The notes: generated by a model from the letters alone, not told the origin. Counted from the first letter of the whole stretch, positions 42,931-54,298 are shown. The stretch: 63,963 bases of DNA, filler included, from Stramenopiles sp. TOSAG23-3 (GCA_900128585.1; 4 parts of 4 records of this genome joined end to end with filler, not necessarily neighbours in it); one strand, 5' to 3'. Program-made: numbers and translations.

Positions 42931-44815
42931 ATGTCGTCGGGGTCGTACGGGTTCCCTGCGTTTGGTGGTAACTCCTCCGCCCCCTCTACGGACGCCTGCG
43001 GCAGGCCCCGAAAGAACAGCCTTACGGAGTTGGGAGCAGACAGCGGTTTTGGTCGGCCCCGGGGCGGGTCGTTGGATATGTCGGCCTTGATTTACGACGC
43101 TCCAACGTCCCCCGGGGGGGGGGCAGGCATGGCCATGTTCTCTGGCGGGAACCAACAAACCGTTAGCAAATCAAAGCATGACAGCTTCGTCCTTTCCCCC
43201 AGCAAGATGCCGATGTTGCCATTAGACGGGGAGAACTCGCTCCTGCCGTTCGACCTCAACGGGGAAAACAGCATGCAGTACATACACCCGGGCCCGCCGG
43301 CGGGGGACGCAGGGGGGGCCTTAGATTTTTCCCTGAGCGGGATATTTTCTCCCGGGAAGGTGGACCCCCGACCAAAGTCGGCCCCGAGGGTGAAGGCTGG
43401 GTCCCTGTCTCTGTCCCCTGCGGTCCGCCCGCAGCTCCACTCCCCATTTTTTTCCGCCAGCCACAAGACCCCGTCCACGAACCGGCAGGCCGGGCGCCCC
43501 CCCCCGTTTTCATTAGACCAGGACCTGGCGGCGCTGGGGGGGGGGGAAGTACAGTAGCAACAGCCTCATGGTCCTCGACGGAAGCTTCACGGTGTCCGCC
43601 AAAGGCATGTTCCCCCACGACCAGTTCGAGGCCATGGGGGAAAGCCTTTTCCTCGCCGCACCGCGCCGGCCGGGGCGGAAGCCCGGCCTGAATGGCAAGA
43701 AGCAGTACCCGGGCAAGCCCGTGGCCCCTGCCGTGCCCGAGAAGACCTTGGAAAGGTGGACGGAGGACGATTTTAGGCTGTTTGACCAGGTCCTGGCGAA
43801 GGAGAGGGACACGTCGTCGTGCAATGACGTGGTTTCCTTCATCGCATTCATGTACCTGGACCTGAAGAAGTCGCACTTGGGCATGCGGTCGGTTGTCAAC
43901 TACTACAACCAGGAGAAGGGGAAAATGGAGAAAATACTTATGGGGGCAGCGGCCGTCGGGGGGAAGCGCCGGGGAAGGGGGGAGGAGGACAAGAATTGTT
44001 ACATAGCCGTCAACAAGCTGCACTGGTACGACCAGGTCAAGGCCCTGCGCCAGTTTCGGGCCATGTGGGCGCAGACGAAGTGGGCCAGCATTCGAATCCT
44101 TGGCTGGAGCAATGCTAACAAGGAGACAAAGACAAGGTTCCGCAGCGAACTGCACCGGCAGGTGCGCGCGATAACGGGCGGGGCGCCAGGGATGGACGCT
44201 GGCATCACCGGCCCAGAGAGCGGCGCCGGCAGCAAGCGGCGGCGCGTCTTAGCGGGCGCGAGCAAGCCCTTGTCCAACATCATGAACATGGCGCCCCGCC
44301 AAGCGCAGTCAGGGGCGTGCTCCTCACCGCATCGTCATGCCGAACCTCCGGATGCTCCCGGGGCCACCTCTTCCGCCCAGGGGGATGTGGCGCCAGCGCC
44401 CCGGCATCCGGGAGGAAAGACCGTGCCCGAGGAGCTGTGCCTCCAGCTTGTGCCGAGAAGCGTGGCGGCGGAACGAATAGCCCAAAGAAGTCAGCTAAAC
44501 CCCAACATACAGTACTACCTCCCCTCCTCGAAACGGGTGGTAAGCGTCCTGAAGGCGATGTCGAAGCGTTGGAAAGTGTCTTCTTTCTTTTCGCCGTTCG
44601 TTCAGTCGGGGAAGTGCAGGGAAACTAGCCACCTCCCGCGGCTGTTTCCGATAGCAGACAAACGCCATCCTGGTTGGGATTGCGACGACACGAGCATTAC
44701 CGTGCGCGATATTTTCTGCGCAATGGGCTGCCCCACACCGTTTATGATGGAGTACGAATGGTCCGACAGCAGTGTTCTGAGTGATGACGCGACACCGGGG
44801 AAGAATGGTTTATAA
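42931..44815 (+). CDS. CRAMP1 (Cramped)/TKI1-like SANT-domain nuclear protein; two ORFs (42931-43557, 43568-44815) joined by a frameshift at a G11 run
   Basis: SANT-like 'ERWTEDDFRLFDQVL'; C-terminal 'LQLVPRS...LNPNIQYYLPSSKRVVSVLKAMSKRW...TVRDIFCAMGCP..FMMEYEW' resembles the conserved TKI1/CRAMP1 domain; removing one G at 43536-43546 fuses the ORFs. Confidence 0.72.
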
Positions 44816-45284
44816 CTGATTTGTTTTACACTGTAAAGACATGGCGCCCACGAGTTTAGTTAACGAACTTTTATGTTAAAGAAAAGAAGCAACATTTTTT
44901 TATAGCTCTACTGAGCTGAATTAGGTTTTTTTCGTATTAGCTACTTGAAGAAATTATGACTAAATTTTAGGGTTTGTAAAACTTAAAACGCTTTACGAGA
45001 ATTTTACGTTTAATAATTTACGTTATATCATTAACCTAGGGTTAGGGACAGGGTTACATACTATATCATTAATTTGTTTTTTTTTCAATAACCCTATTAG
45101 AATGTATAAATCTAGATTTCAGTTCGCGGTACAATAATTTTAATTACTTAAAATAACAGCATCATTAATAAGTTGATAATAAATTTACTTGGTACGTACC
45201 AAAATACAAGGAAATTTCGGGAATAAGTAACAAAATGATAACGTTAGGAAGGACACGAAAACGCACAAAGTCAGCGATCGGGCA

Positions 45285-46067
45285 TTACCTATCTTTTTGC
45301 ACTATGGCAGACTTGCACCGTTGTCTGCAGAGTCCAATTATTCGACAGAAGCACGTTAAACACAGGTACAGGACAACGATGGCAAAGGCGTGGCCGGGGA
45401 GGCTTGTCGGCATGTTCTGTTCCAATCTATTTTCATACACGAGGATTTCCCCAAAGGTGGTCTCGAAGATTCTTTTTCCACCCGGTACAAGGATCTTACA
45501 TTCCTTCAAGTAATCTAGCTTTGGAAAATTTTTCTTCAGGTAATTGTACCCCAACGTTTTGAGCTTTCCCTGGTCGACGCCTTGTCCATTCTTTTGAAAC
45601 CCCGCTAAGTCACCGTACTCTGCGTTGAAACTATGCAACACGCGGAGGCTGCTCTTCTTGATGAACCCAAACGGTGTTTCCCAGGGCGACTTTCCCAGCG
45701 ATTTTACCGTTCCAAGGGTGAAGAAAACGTGATGAGTTCTTGAATTTGCCCCCGACCCCGCAAAGCTAAGGTACCCGTCCTCGAACGTAATGTCGATATC
45801 GATATCGTCGGGAATGGCCTTCCACTTTTCCATCTTGGAGGCGTCGGGCGGGTGGCCAAACTGTAGCAAGAAGTTGGGGACAACCCGGTACAACGCTTGG
45901 TTGTCAAAAAACTTGTTTTCAACAAGGTCTAAAAATCGGGCTGCCCCGTTCGGTGCCCAGCTCTGGTGTATTTCTATCTCAAAGGTACCCTTCGTCGACC
46001 CACAAGCGACCGTAACAACGTCGGGACCGCCACCCTTCGGTTTTCTCAGAGCACCAGGGCCTTTCAT
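45285..46067 (-). CDS. Cyclophilin-type peptidyl-prolyl isomerase with C-terminal TM helix (5' end uncertain)
   Basis: 'STKGTFEIEIHQSWAPNGAARFLDLV', 'YRVVPNFLLQFG', 'SFAGSGANSRTHHVF', 'SPWETPFG', 'FPKLDY'; possible acceptor TTATAG just upstream (~46094-46099). Confidence 0.88.
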   Translation of the reverse strand: MKGPGALRKPKGGGPDVVTVACGSTKGTFEIEIHQSWAPNGAARFLDLVENKFFDNQALYRVVPNFLLQFGHPPDASKMEKWKAIPDDIDIDITFEDGYLSFAGSGANSRTHHVFFTLGTVKSLGKSPWETPFGFIKKSSLRVLHSFNAEYGDLAGFQKNGQGVDQGKLKTLGYNYLKKNFPKLDYLKECKILVPGGKRIFETTFGEILVYENRLEQNMPTSLPGHAFAIVVLYLCLTCFCRIIGLCRQRCKSAIVQKDR

Positions 46068-47087
46068 TCCCGCACACGGTAAACCCACACTTCTATAACA
46101 ACGAACAAAACTAAAACGAATACAAAAAAACTAAAACCTTCCTTCTCTCTCTGTGTGTGTCTATCTACCTCTCATTTTATCTTTACATCTAATTCAATTT
46201 TCTTTCCTTATTCTTTTCTCATTCTTTCTTTTTACATTCCTGGTAGAAGTAGTAAATATTTAGATATTGTTTTGATATTGACAACAAATGAGAACGAAGA
46301 ACTGCGATCATTCTTCTTCATTCACATTTTTATTATGTTTTTTATGTTACTGTATTATATTTATTATAATCTCGTCGGCTTTCCTACCCTCGCCACATCA
46401 CATCTAACTCCGCCCTAAATACCTAAATAACTCTTTATGCTGTACCTGTCTATTACATCCTAACTATTAATATATCAAGTATACTAAACGTGTAATACAA
46501 ATACGGATATCAAATACATCAGAATACCATACAAGTATGTAGGAGGCTCGTGAATTGGCACACGAAATCCCGCGCAGGACTTTATTGGGTATACATATAC
46601 TGCTTTTAAGAATATCCTCCTTGCGGGAGAAAACTGAAATTCCACATATGTCTCTTCATCAGTTCTGCAAGATAAGAATGCAGAAGGCGACTCATCAAAA
46701 ATTTGCTTTTTTTCAAAAAGAAATGACATCTTCAAAAATTCGACAATTGCCCAAACCATCTTTCTCTGTCGAAGAATACCCGAATGAACCCCTTACCGCT
46801 CCTGTCGGCTTTCCATATCCCGTCTATACTCGGTCTTTACACAAAATCGCTGCAGGAATTAAACCCACAATCTCCAGCAAGAAGCCGGTGCTCTATCTTT
46901 GAGCTAGCGATTAAAAACTCACGACTAGAATCAACTAGATGGCGAGAAAATCATATATATTGATTTTTTTCAATTTTCAATTTCCTTAATTGATATTCAG
47001 AATCATATTTGAGACCTTGCGGTCCCGAAGTTAAGTTCTTTTTTAAATTGAAAAGAATAGATATAATTGATTCACCAGGGAGACTGG

Positions 47088-48203
47088 TTATCTTGTGCAG
47101 TTCAAGTATACATCGCGTAGGTATACACCGCGTAGATGATCGGTGAAGTTCCACCTGTGGGTGATATGGTCGAGTAATGTCTTTTTGATTTCGGCCTCTG
47201 TGTCGTGGTCTGGCAATTTGCTTCTTCTGCCAAATTTTCTGCGAAGGAATGCTTTCAATTCTTCTAGCCTGTTGTAGTGACTGTACCCGATTTCTTCCAA
47301 CAAAGCTCGCAGTTCTTTAAAATGTTTTTTGCCTACGTTGAGATAAACACAATTCCGGTAAAAGTGCCCTTTATTGCAGTTGTGATATTTATCGTTGTGA
47401 AGGGCGAAAAGAGCAAGCGCGCCATGTTTGATCCCATCGATGCGCAGATCACAATTTTCGTTTCTTACACTGCCCTTGGTGTAACCAAAAAGTTTCTCGC
47501 AAACTTCACGCGGCTTATTGAAGAATTTAACCGTCCTGGTGCCATGGTTGATATTTTGGATGATCGTATCTTCTTCTTTGGAATTCCCTTTTAATCGTTC
47601 CCAAATGTAATCATCGACAAGTTCTTTGCTTATCACGTCCATAGCGCTTTTTAAATGGCCCAAATTGGAGTTAGGGAAACAGCGTTCATGCATTGAAACG
47701 ATAAATTCAGGGGGAAATTCAAGTATTGCCTTCTTCCAGTTACGATTCTTGCCCCTGGTCGTGTTCCCCTGCTGCCTGGCGAACGATTGCTGCCTGGCTT
47801 GGCCTGCTTCTGACTTCTTAGTTTGCTTAACGGCGGGCTTAGCAGCTGGCACAGAAGCTTTAGCAGAAGTTTGTTGCCATTTTGCAGCTAATTTGGACTT
47901 AATCGTCCAACTTCTGACGTAATTGTCGCCTCTTTTCATTGGAATTATGTACTTAGCCGCCGCTGCTTTCTTTTCTGCTGGCTTAGCTGCTGCATCTTTG
48001 GCCAATTCCTGAAATGCTCGCCAATGCTCGGCCGGGCCGGACGGGGATGTTGGGCATCGCCGGTCATGAGGTGCGAGCCCGTTAATCTTCGGCCCCGGGT
48101 CTTTGGCGGAAGGGGCGGCCTTCTCCTGGGCCAGCTTTGCCTGGACCGCTTCAAACAGAACCCCCTTCGGCGCGGGGGTGAACGTGGGCGCGGTAGGATT
48201 CAT
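47088..48203 (-). CDS. Hypothetical protein, 371 aa, with N-terminal PAM2-like motif
   Basis: Long ORF; begins MNPTAPTFTP; Ala/Lys/Pro-rich N-terminal half and AT-richer globular C-terminal half; no family recognised. Confidence 0.6.
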   Translation of the reverse strand: MNPTAPTFTPAPKGVLFEAVQAKLAQEKAAPSAKDPGPKINGLAPHDRRCPTSPSGPAEHWRAFQELAKDAAAKPAEKKAAAAKYIIPMKRGDNYVRSWTIKSKLAAKWQQTSAKASVPAAKPAVKQTKKSEAGQARQQSFARQQGNTTRGKNRNWKKAILEFPPEFIVSMHERCFPNSNLGHLKSAMDVISKELVDDYIWERLKGNSKEEDTIIQNINHGTRTVKFFNKPREVCEKLFGYTKGSVRNENCDLRIDGIKHGALALFALHNDKYHNCNKGHFYRNCVYLNVGKKHFKELRALLEEIGYSHYNRLEELKAFLRRKFGRRSKLPDHDTEAEIKKTLLDHITHRWNFTDHLRGVYLRDVYLNCTR

Positions 48204-49121
48204 TTTTGAACGTGGGCGCGTCGGATAGTGGTTTTGTGTTTGAGCGAGTAAAATGTTTTTTTCTTTTCTTGCGTTTTTTTGTTTATATGCTAAAAATTAA
48301 CCTGAATGGATAACATCAAATTTTTTTTGAGTGGTTTAACATCAAATTGAAACATGTGCGTGAAAGACATTTACGCCTATAGAGGAACAAATCGATGAAT
48401 GAAATGATCAATTGCATTTTTTAGTTCACTACATATACATAGCATTGAAACGATTTTTGGAAAATAGGGATAAGGTTAAGGATTACTAATTAAATATATT
48501 ACAAATATCTCTTAACAAGGTTGTAAAGAGATATATCTATCTATCAATGAAACTAATTTTGTTTTTCCATAATTGTAAGCCAATGTAAATGATGCTAAAA
48601 AATTGTGAGTCGGAATGGAATAATTCCTTATTTTAAATAAAGAAGGAAAAAGAATTTTCTTTCCACTTCTTTCCATCTTCTTCTTTTTAAAACATACTAT
48701 ATAATTAGTTTTTTTTACATAAAATAGATGTCGTCTTCTACAAATTTTATTAATAAAATATTTGGCAAGTTCGTTATTATTATTCTATATTTAATATATA
48801 TTAATACTGGTACCAGGTACAGGTATTATACCTACGGTATAGTAGCAAGACGTGTTGTATATAATTAAAAAAAATTAAATCTTTTATTATTTGTGATAAT
48901 ATGTTTTTATTAAAAATGAATAGGTGATGTATGTCGTTTTCTTCTTCTTCTTCTTATATTTTATATAAGCTTCGAGATTGAAAATATAATGAATATTTGC
49001 ATGATGCACGTTTTCATTTTCTAGCTATTCTATTTGCTTAGATGAATTTCCAATTCACTCTTTCAATCCACTCGGTGCCTACCTTCGATAAATTCTACCA
49101 ACTCCCTCCCTCCCTTCACCA

Positions 49122-50225
49122 ATGCGACCCTACCTTTCTCGCGGTGTTCGCTGCTTGGTTGTCCTTGTCGCGGCGTTCGGGGCCCACGTTTCTCACTGCC
49201 TCAATGTGGCGGTCTCGGGAGGGGAGACCGTCGTGACGGGCGTCGTTGGCGCTTGGGATTCCCTTGCGGGCGCGCTCCACACTCGGCTGCGCCCTGGGAC
49301 CGGCATCCTGCGGATCGAGCTGGACGCGAACGTGGGGTCCGGGGTGTGGACGGTCCCCCACCAGTTTTACGACGGCATTTACATCGGCGAATCGTGCAAC
49401 ATACACAGGCACTGGTTTTGCACGAGAACCGACGCCCAGCAGCTCACAATAACCGGCTTGCGACACGCGGCGACCGCAGCGCCCCCGGTGATCAGCGGGG
49501 GGGACGCCGCCCGCCTGTTCTGGGTGGCCGGGGCCAATTTTACGGCGCACAACGTTGAGTTCACGAAGGGCCGGGCCGTTCGGGGGGGGGGCGCCGTGTA
49601 CATCTTGAGCGGAAGCCGGGTGAACTTTCTGGGGATGCGGTTCACCCGAAACACGGCCAAGTATGCGGGGGCGATCTACATGGAGTCCTCTGCCCGGACA
49701 AACATCGTCAACATGACGAACTGCACGTTCCGGGAGAATTTCGTAACGAGCACGAACGCCGAGCAGGGGTCGGCGATAGGGATCTACGGGGCCGGGACTA
49801 ACTTGGTCACCATCCTGGACTCCCGGTTTACGAGGAACAAGTTTTCGTCCCCCGGGGGGCTGGGCCAAGACGTGTACAAACAGAGCGACTCGTCGACCCT
49901 GTACGACGTAGAGAACGTCTACGACAAGCTTGGCACGGTGTGGGGGCTTCGCATAGTGTGCCCGAACCGTCTGGACCTTGCAATTTGCATCGGGACCAAG
50001 TTTTCCCAGGTGTCGAAGGACTCCGGGCAGTGCAAGTGCTTGCCGACGGTCGGCGAGGACGTCTCGTTCAAACCGTTGGGGAACGCTCAGAGCTACGTGC
50101 CCGCGATGATCATCGACCGGAACACGAACGATTGGAGGGAGGACGGGGTCGTGTTGCCCAGCCACCCCAACGTTTGCGTCGACCAACTGTACGAAGGCCA
50201 GGACACGACGTGCAATTTTATTTGA
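49122..50225 (+). CDS. Secreted right-handed beta-helix (pectin-lyase-like / Pmp-repeat) protein
   Basis: Signal peptide; GG/GA(I/V)Y plus FxxN repeats ('GGGAVY', 'FTRNTAKYAGAIY', 'FRENF', 'GSAIGIY', 'FTRNK'); Cys-rich tail. Confidence 0.8.
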   Translation: MRPYLSRGVRCLVVLVAAFGAHVSHCLNVAVSGGETVVTGVVGAWDSLAGALHTRLRPGTGILRIELDANVGSGVWTVPHQFYDGIYIGESCNIHRHWFCTRTDAQQLTITGLRHAATAAPPVISGGDAARLFWVAGANFTAHNVEFTKGRAVRGGGAVYILSGSRVNFLGMRFTRNTAKYAGAIYMESSARTNIVNMTNCTFRENFVTSTNAEQGSAIGIYGAGTNLVTILDSRFTRNKFSSPGGLGQDVYKQSDSSTLYDVENVYDKLGTVWGLRIVCPNRLDLAICIGTKFSQVSKDSGQCKCLPTVGEDVSFKPLGNAQSYVPAMIIDRNTNDWREDGVVLPSHPNVCVDQLYEGQDTTCNFI

Positions 50226-50564
50226 ATTGTAGAAGGGTGTTTGAAATTGTTCGGAAGACATTTACGAGGAGCAAAATAACTTTATATTGCGTCCCACGGT
50301 GTTGTTAGTTAGTCTCAACCAGGGAAACAAAAGACGAGGTTCGTATTGATACAAGGTTTTACAACGGAACACAGAACAAACAAAATGATGGCTGATATTT
50401 AGATATTGTTTTTCAAAAAATTACTCCTTCAATATTTTGTAAAACGGGGTTTTAATTCTCTTCTTCTCCGTTTCACCGCGAAAACGTTCGCAGAGCCATG
50501 ACGGAGGCATTACACATTTTTTATATTACACCCGCACCCGCTCACGACCCTGCCTTTCTCCTTT

Positions 50565-51980
50565 TTATATTTCCACAGGGCGGGGGTACGGCTCCATCGC
50601 GGGCATGAACCCGAGCTCTTCCTTCGGGACTCCGTACTCTGCGAGCTTCGCTTCGTACGCCATGATGGCGTCGTTGTGTAGGGTGACGACGCGCTCGAGC
50701 TCCGCGTGCAGCTCGCGGACCATCTCGTTCTTTGCCTCGACGACGTTCTCCAGCTTTTTCGACATCTGGCCGAGCACCGCCGGGGACAAGTTGGCGGAGA
50801 CGAGGACTTCGTTGAGCTGGGCCTCCTTCTTCTCGAGCGACTCGCCGACGGCGGCCAGGCGCTTCTCCAGGAGGAGGTGCTTGAAGCCCGACTTTTGCTG
50901 GACGTTGAAGACGGAGTTCTGAAACTGCTCGTAGAGTCGGTCCCGCTCCGACTGGGCCCGTTCGTACCGCTGCAGGAGGACCTCGTGCTCCCACCCCAAC
51001 CCTTTCATCTTCTGCTCGAACACTAAAATTTCCGCCTTGACCTCCCTGAGGTGGGTCTTGTCCCGCTGGTAATCGTTCAGCTCTGCCCGGAGCTTCTCCA
51101 CGTCGCTGAGGGCCTTCTTCAGCGGCTCGCTCATGTGCTTGTTCTCGTTCGAGATCTCGAGCATCATCTTCTCGTCGGCCAGCTCCTCCTTCTTCATCTG
51201 GGCGACCTCCTCCTTCAGGGACTTGATCAGGTCCAAGTTGTTGTGGGTGATGTCCGTGTAGTAGTTCTTGATCTCGGCGAACGCCTGCTCGTGCTTCTTC
51301 ATCAGCCGCTTGATGTGGGCGTCCTTCTGCTGCTCGATAGAGGTTATCTGCTGCTTCCGGGCCTTCTCCCGCCGGTCCCGTACCTCCTTCATCTTTTTAT
51401 CGTACTTTAGCTGGAGCTCCTTGGCCTTTCGCTCGAACTCCTGGCGCAGGTTGGTGATGTTCCTGTCCTGGTCCTGCTTCAGGCTCTTCAAGTAGTCCTC
51501 GTGCGCGAGCTCGAGCTCTTTCAAATCGATCATCAAGCTCCGCCGGTCCTTCTTCAGCTCGGAGATTCCTACACGGTTTTCGTCTTCTAATAGTTTCAGC
51601 GTCGTCTCCGACTCGGTCTTCAGCTGCGTGGCCTCGTTCTGGTGCTCGAAGAGCAGGTGCTTGACCCGCTGCTTGTACACTTTGATCTCCACATTGTGCT
51701 TCTCCTCCAAGTCCTGGGCCTCCCGGACCTTGTTCCGCAGGTCGCTCTTCTTGTCTTCCAAGTTCTTCTTCTCCACAATCCAAAAGTAGTTCAGCTTCTC
51801 ACGCTGCTGCTGGAACTCATTGAAGTCGTCCTGCTCCCGCTTGATCAGCGCGTTCAGGTTCAAAAGCTCTGTGTCCACCGCCAACCGCTTCGCCTCCTTG
51901 ATCGCCGCCTCCTTCTCCTCCGGGGTCAACTCCTTGGGGGCCTTGTTCTTCTTCTTGCCGCCCTTCTTCTTCTTCCCCAT
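50565..51980 (-). CDS. GAS8: Dynein regulatory complex subunit 4 (growth arrest-specific 8)
   Basis: 'FQQQREKLNYFW', 'EIKVYKQRVKHLLFEHQ', 'IKNYYTDITHNNLDLIKSLKEE', 'WEHEVLLQR', 'VQQKSGFKHLLLEKRL', 'YGVPKEELGF'. Confidence 0.96.
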   Translation of the reverse strand: MGKKKKGGKKKNKAPKELTPEEKEAAIKEAKRLAVDTELLNLNALIKREQDDFNEFQQQREKLNYFWIVEKKNLEDKKSDLRNKVREAQDLEEKHNVEIKVYKQRVKHLLFEHQNEATQLKTESETTLKLLEDENRVGISELKKDRRSLMIDLKELELAHEDYLKSLKQDQDRNITNLRQEFERKAKELQLKYDKKMKEVRDRREKARKQQITSIEQQKDAHIKRLMKKHEQAFAEIKNYYTDITHNNLDLIKSLKEEVAQMKKEELADEKMMLEISNENKHMSEPLKKALSDVEKLRAELNDYQRDKTHLREVKAEILVFEQKMKGLGWEHEVLLQRYERAQSERDRLYEQFQNSVFNVQQKSGFKHLLLEKRLAAVGESLEKKEAQLNEVLVSANLSPAVLGQMSKKLENVVEAKNEMVRELHAELERVVTLHNDAIMAYEAKLAEYGVPKEELGFMPAMEPYPRPVEI

Positions 51981-52762
51981 GGTGCTGGTAGTAGTGTATG
52001 GTCGGTCAAACTAACGTACGCACGAATGGCAATATGTGTGTGTGTGTGTGTGTGTATGTTAGTACCTCGTCCTTGTTTTCAGTTTTAAAAAGGAGAAACA
52101 TAGTGTTGAATCGTTTGATTAATCATATGAAAATGTACTGAGAGAAGAAATCGTAAAATAAAACAAAAAGTTATACTAACTCCTCTATAATATTATTATA
52201 TTATAAATAATAATTAATAATAAAAAAAATAAAAAAACAACATAATAATAATAATTATTTATTATTCTGTTGGAGGATGATATGGTTATAGTAAAGAAAA
52301 AGAAGAAAGACGTTTTTTTTGTCTTTCTTCTTCTTCTTTTTATTAATATTTTTTTATTATTAATTATTATTATTAATTATTCGTTAAAAAATAAATAAAT
52401 AAAATAATATACTCTATACTAAATCAGATCCTCCTTAATTAATTTAATTCAGGGTATTTAAAATTATATAGTAATAAATAAGTAGGGAGTGTAGAGTGGA
52501 GAGGGAGGGGAGGGACTGGAAAGTCAAGAGAAACAATTAAGGATATATGTTTATAGAGATAACGAAAGGAGACCCTTTGTAATGATAAGGCTATATCGAT
52601 ATGTCAATAGGGATTTAGATGACTGACAGACATCATTTCTTGAAATTAATAAAAAGTAAATAGAATTAAAAAAGTGATAAAGTATACCTACCTCTCTTTA
52701 CATACATACACATAGCATATATATCCTTAATTATGACTATTCTACCAATATACATTCACGCA

Positions 52763-52797
52763 CGGGTCGGGTCGGGTCGGGTCGGGTCGGGTCGGGT
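52763..52797 (+). repeat. (CGGGT)7 microsatellite
   Basis: Seven perfect units in AT-rich intergenic DNA. Confidence 0.95.
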
Positions 52798-52923
52798 TAA
52801 GTGTGGCATAATTAAATATATATTAAATGTAATACGGGTGACTTTTTATACCGCACAACATGTAATAAAAACGAAGGAGAGTAACGAACGTTATACCAAA
52901 AGTGACTAGACTATAAGAAGAAG

Positions 52924-52972
52924 GTGGCGTGGCATGGCGTGGCGTGGCGTGGCGAGGCGAGGCGGCTTGGCT
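52924..52972 (+). repeat. Degenerate (GTGGC/GAGGC)n pentamer repeat
   Basis: gtggcgtggcatggcgtggcgtggcgtggcgaggcgaggc. Confidence 0.85.
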
Positions 52973-53800
52973 TGTTTGGTTAGCAAAGACATGTTGTTGT
53001 CCTTCTACTTAATGTTAATATTAGGGTTATATAAAATATTACCGTTTTTATCGATGACGATACTACTACGTTCTGTATGTATGTATGGTATGGCCTTGAA
53101 TTAATTATTATTTTTTTTAACGTAGGAGGGGAATAGTAGAGATGAAGCGTTTTATATAAGTATATTTAAAGCAATTTAGGAGTCCTATTTGTTCTATATC
53201 GCTATACTATTAACTACGGTACCGTATTATTGTACAATATAATACATATTAATACCATACCAGACGACATGTGAAACAAAAAACAAAAAAAAGAATATAT
53301 CGATATATATAGAGATAGAGAGAGAGAGAGAGTCCGAACGAAGAGTTTGTTTCTTTAAATTGAGTTGAAAATATTTTATTTTTTCTTTATTTATTTAGTA
53401 CGTAGTACTGTAGTAGTACAGCTATTTAAATAGCTAGTAGAGTAGTAGTTACTAAATAGGAATAAAAAATAGAAGAATTACGTACTAGTGGTGAGAGGTT
53501 TCTATCTAAATAGGACTAGTAATGAAGGAAGTACGTACTTTAAATTATACAGTACGGTTATAGAATAGTCATGGAATTATTAGTCCTATAATAGCTATGC
53601 TAAAGAATAGAAACTTCTTCTTCCTATTTTAAATACTTAGACTCCTCGTAGGAACAAAGTGTAACGTATTTTTAAAACCTCAGTTGGAGTACCTGGTATT
53701 AAATTATAATTATATAGTTGGAATATATATATACCCGTAGTAGTATAGGAATGAGTTCGTATATTCTTTTTTTTATTAAATATTCTTTTTATTTGACCCC

Positions 53801-53965
53801 TTGAGCCCCTGAGGACTGAGGACCTACCTGACTGAGCCCTGACTGAGCCCTGACTGAGCCCTGAGCCCTGAGCCCTGAGCCCTGAGCCCTGCCTGACCTG
53901 AGCCTTATTAGTGGGCCTTGAGTCTTGAGTCCTTGAGTCCTTGAGTCCTTTGAGTCCTGAGTCCT
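53801..53965 (+). repeat. Compound 7-8-bp repeats (CTGAGCC)n and (TTGAGTCC)n
   Basis: Directly visible. Confidence 0.88.
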
Positions 53966-54219
53966 GGGGTAGGTAGGAGGGTTATTATAATAATTAATAC
54001 GTACAGCTAAGTAGGAGGAGGAGGAATAAAAATGGACAATAATATAGGTGAATATACCAAAGAAGAAGAAGAAGAAGAAGAAAGAGAAAAAAAAAGAAGA
54101 AGAAGAAGAAAGAGAAAAAAAGAAGAAAGTTGTTGTTGTTACCTTGGTAGTTGTAGTAGTTGTCGTTTCAATATAAATCATATTATTTATAGTAGATAAA
54201 CCCCACGCGCGAAAAACAA

Positions 54220-54298
54220 AACAGAAAAGAGGAACAATGAGAATTGTATCATTTTACATCTTCACTCAACCCCCGCGCGTTCGTTGGTTTGTGTTGTG
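54220..54298 (-). repeat. 79-bp inverted repeat, copy B (about 120 bp upstream of the RhoGAP-like gene)
   Basis: Exact reverse complement of 41392-41470. Confidence 0.93.

Noticed and set aside
46555..46902. 115-aa plus-strand ORF as a gene
   Set aside because: Non-ATG start, no motifs, and it overlaps equally weak minus-strand frames
41392..54298. Polinton/Maverick or DNA transposon defined by the 79-bp inverted repeats
   Set aside because: No integrase, polB, capsid or transposase recognised; the cargo is ordinary cellular genes
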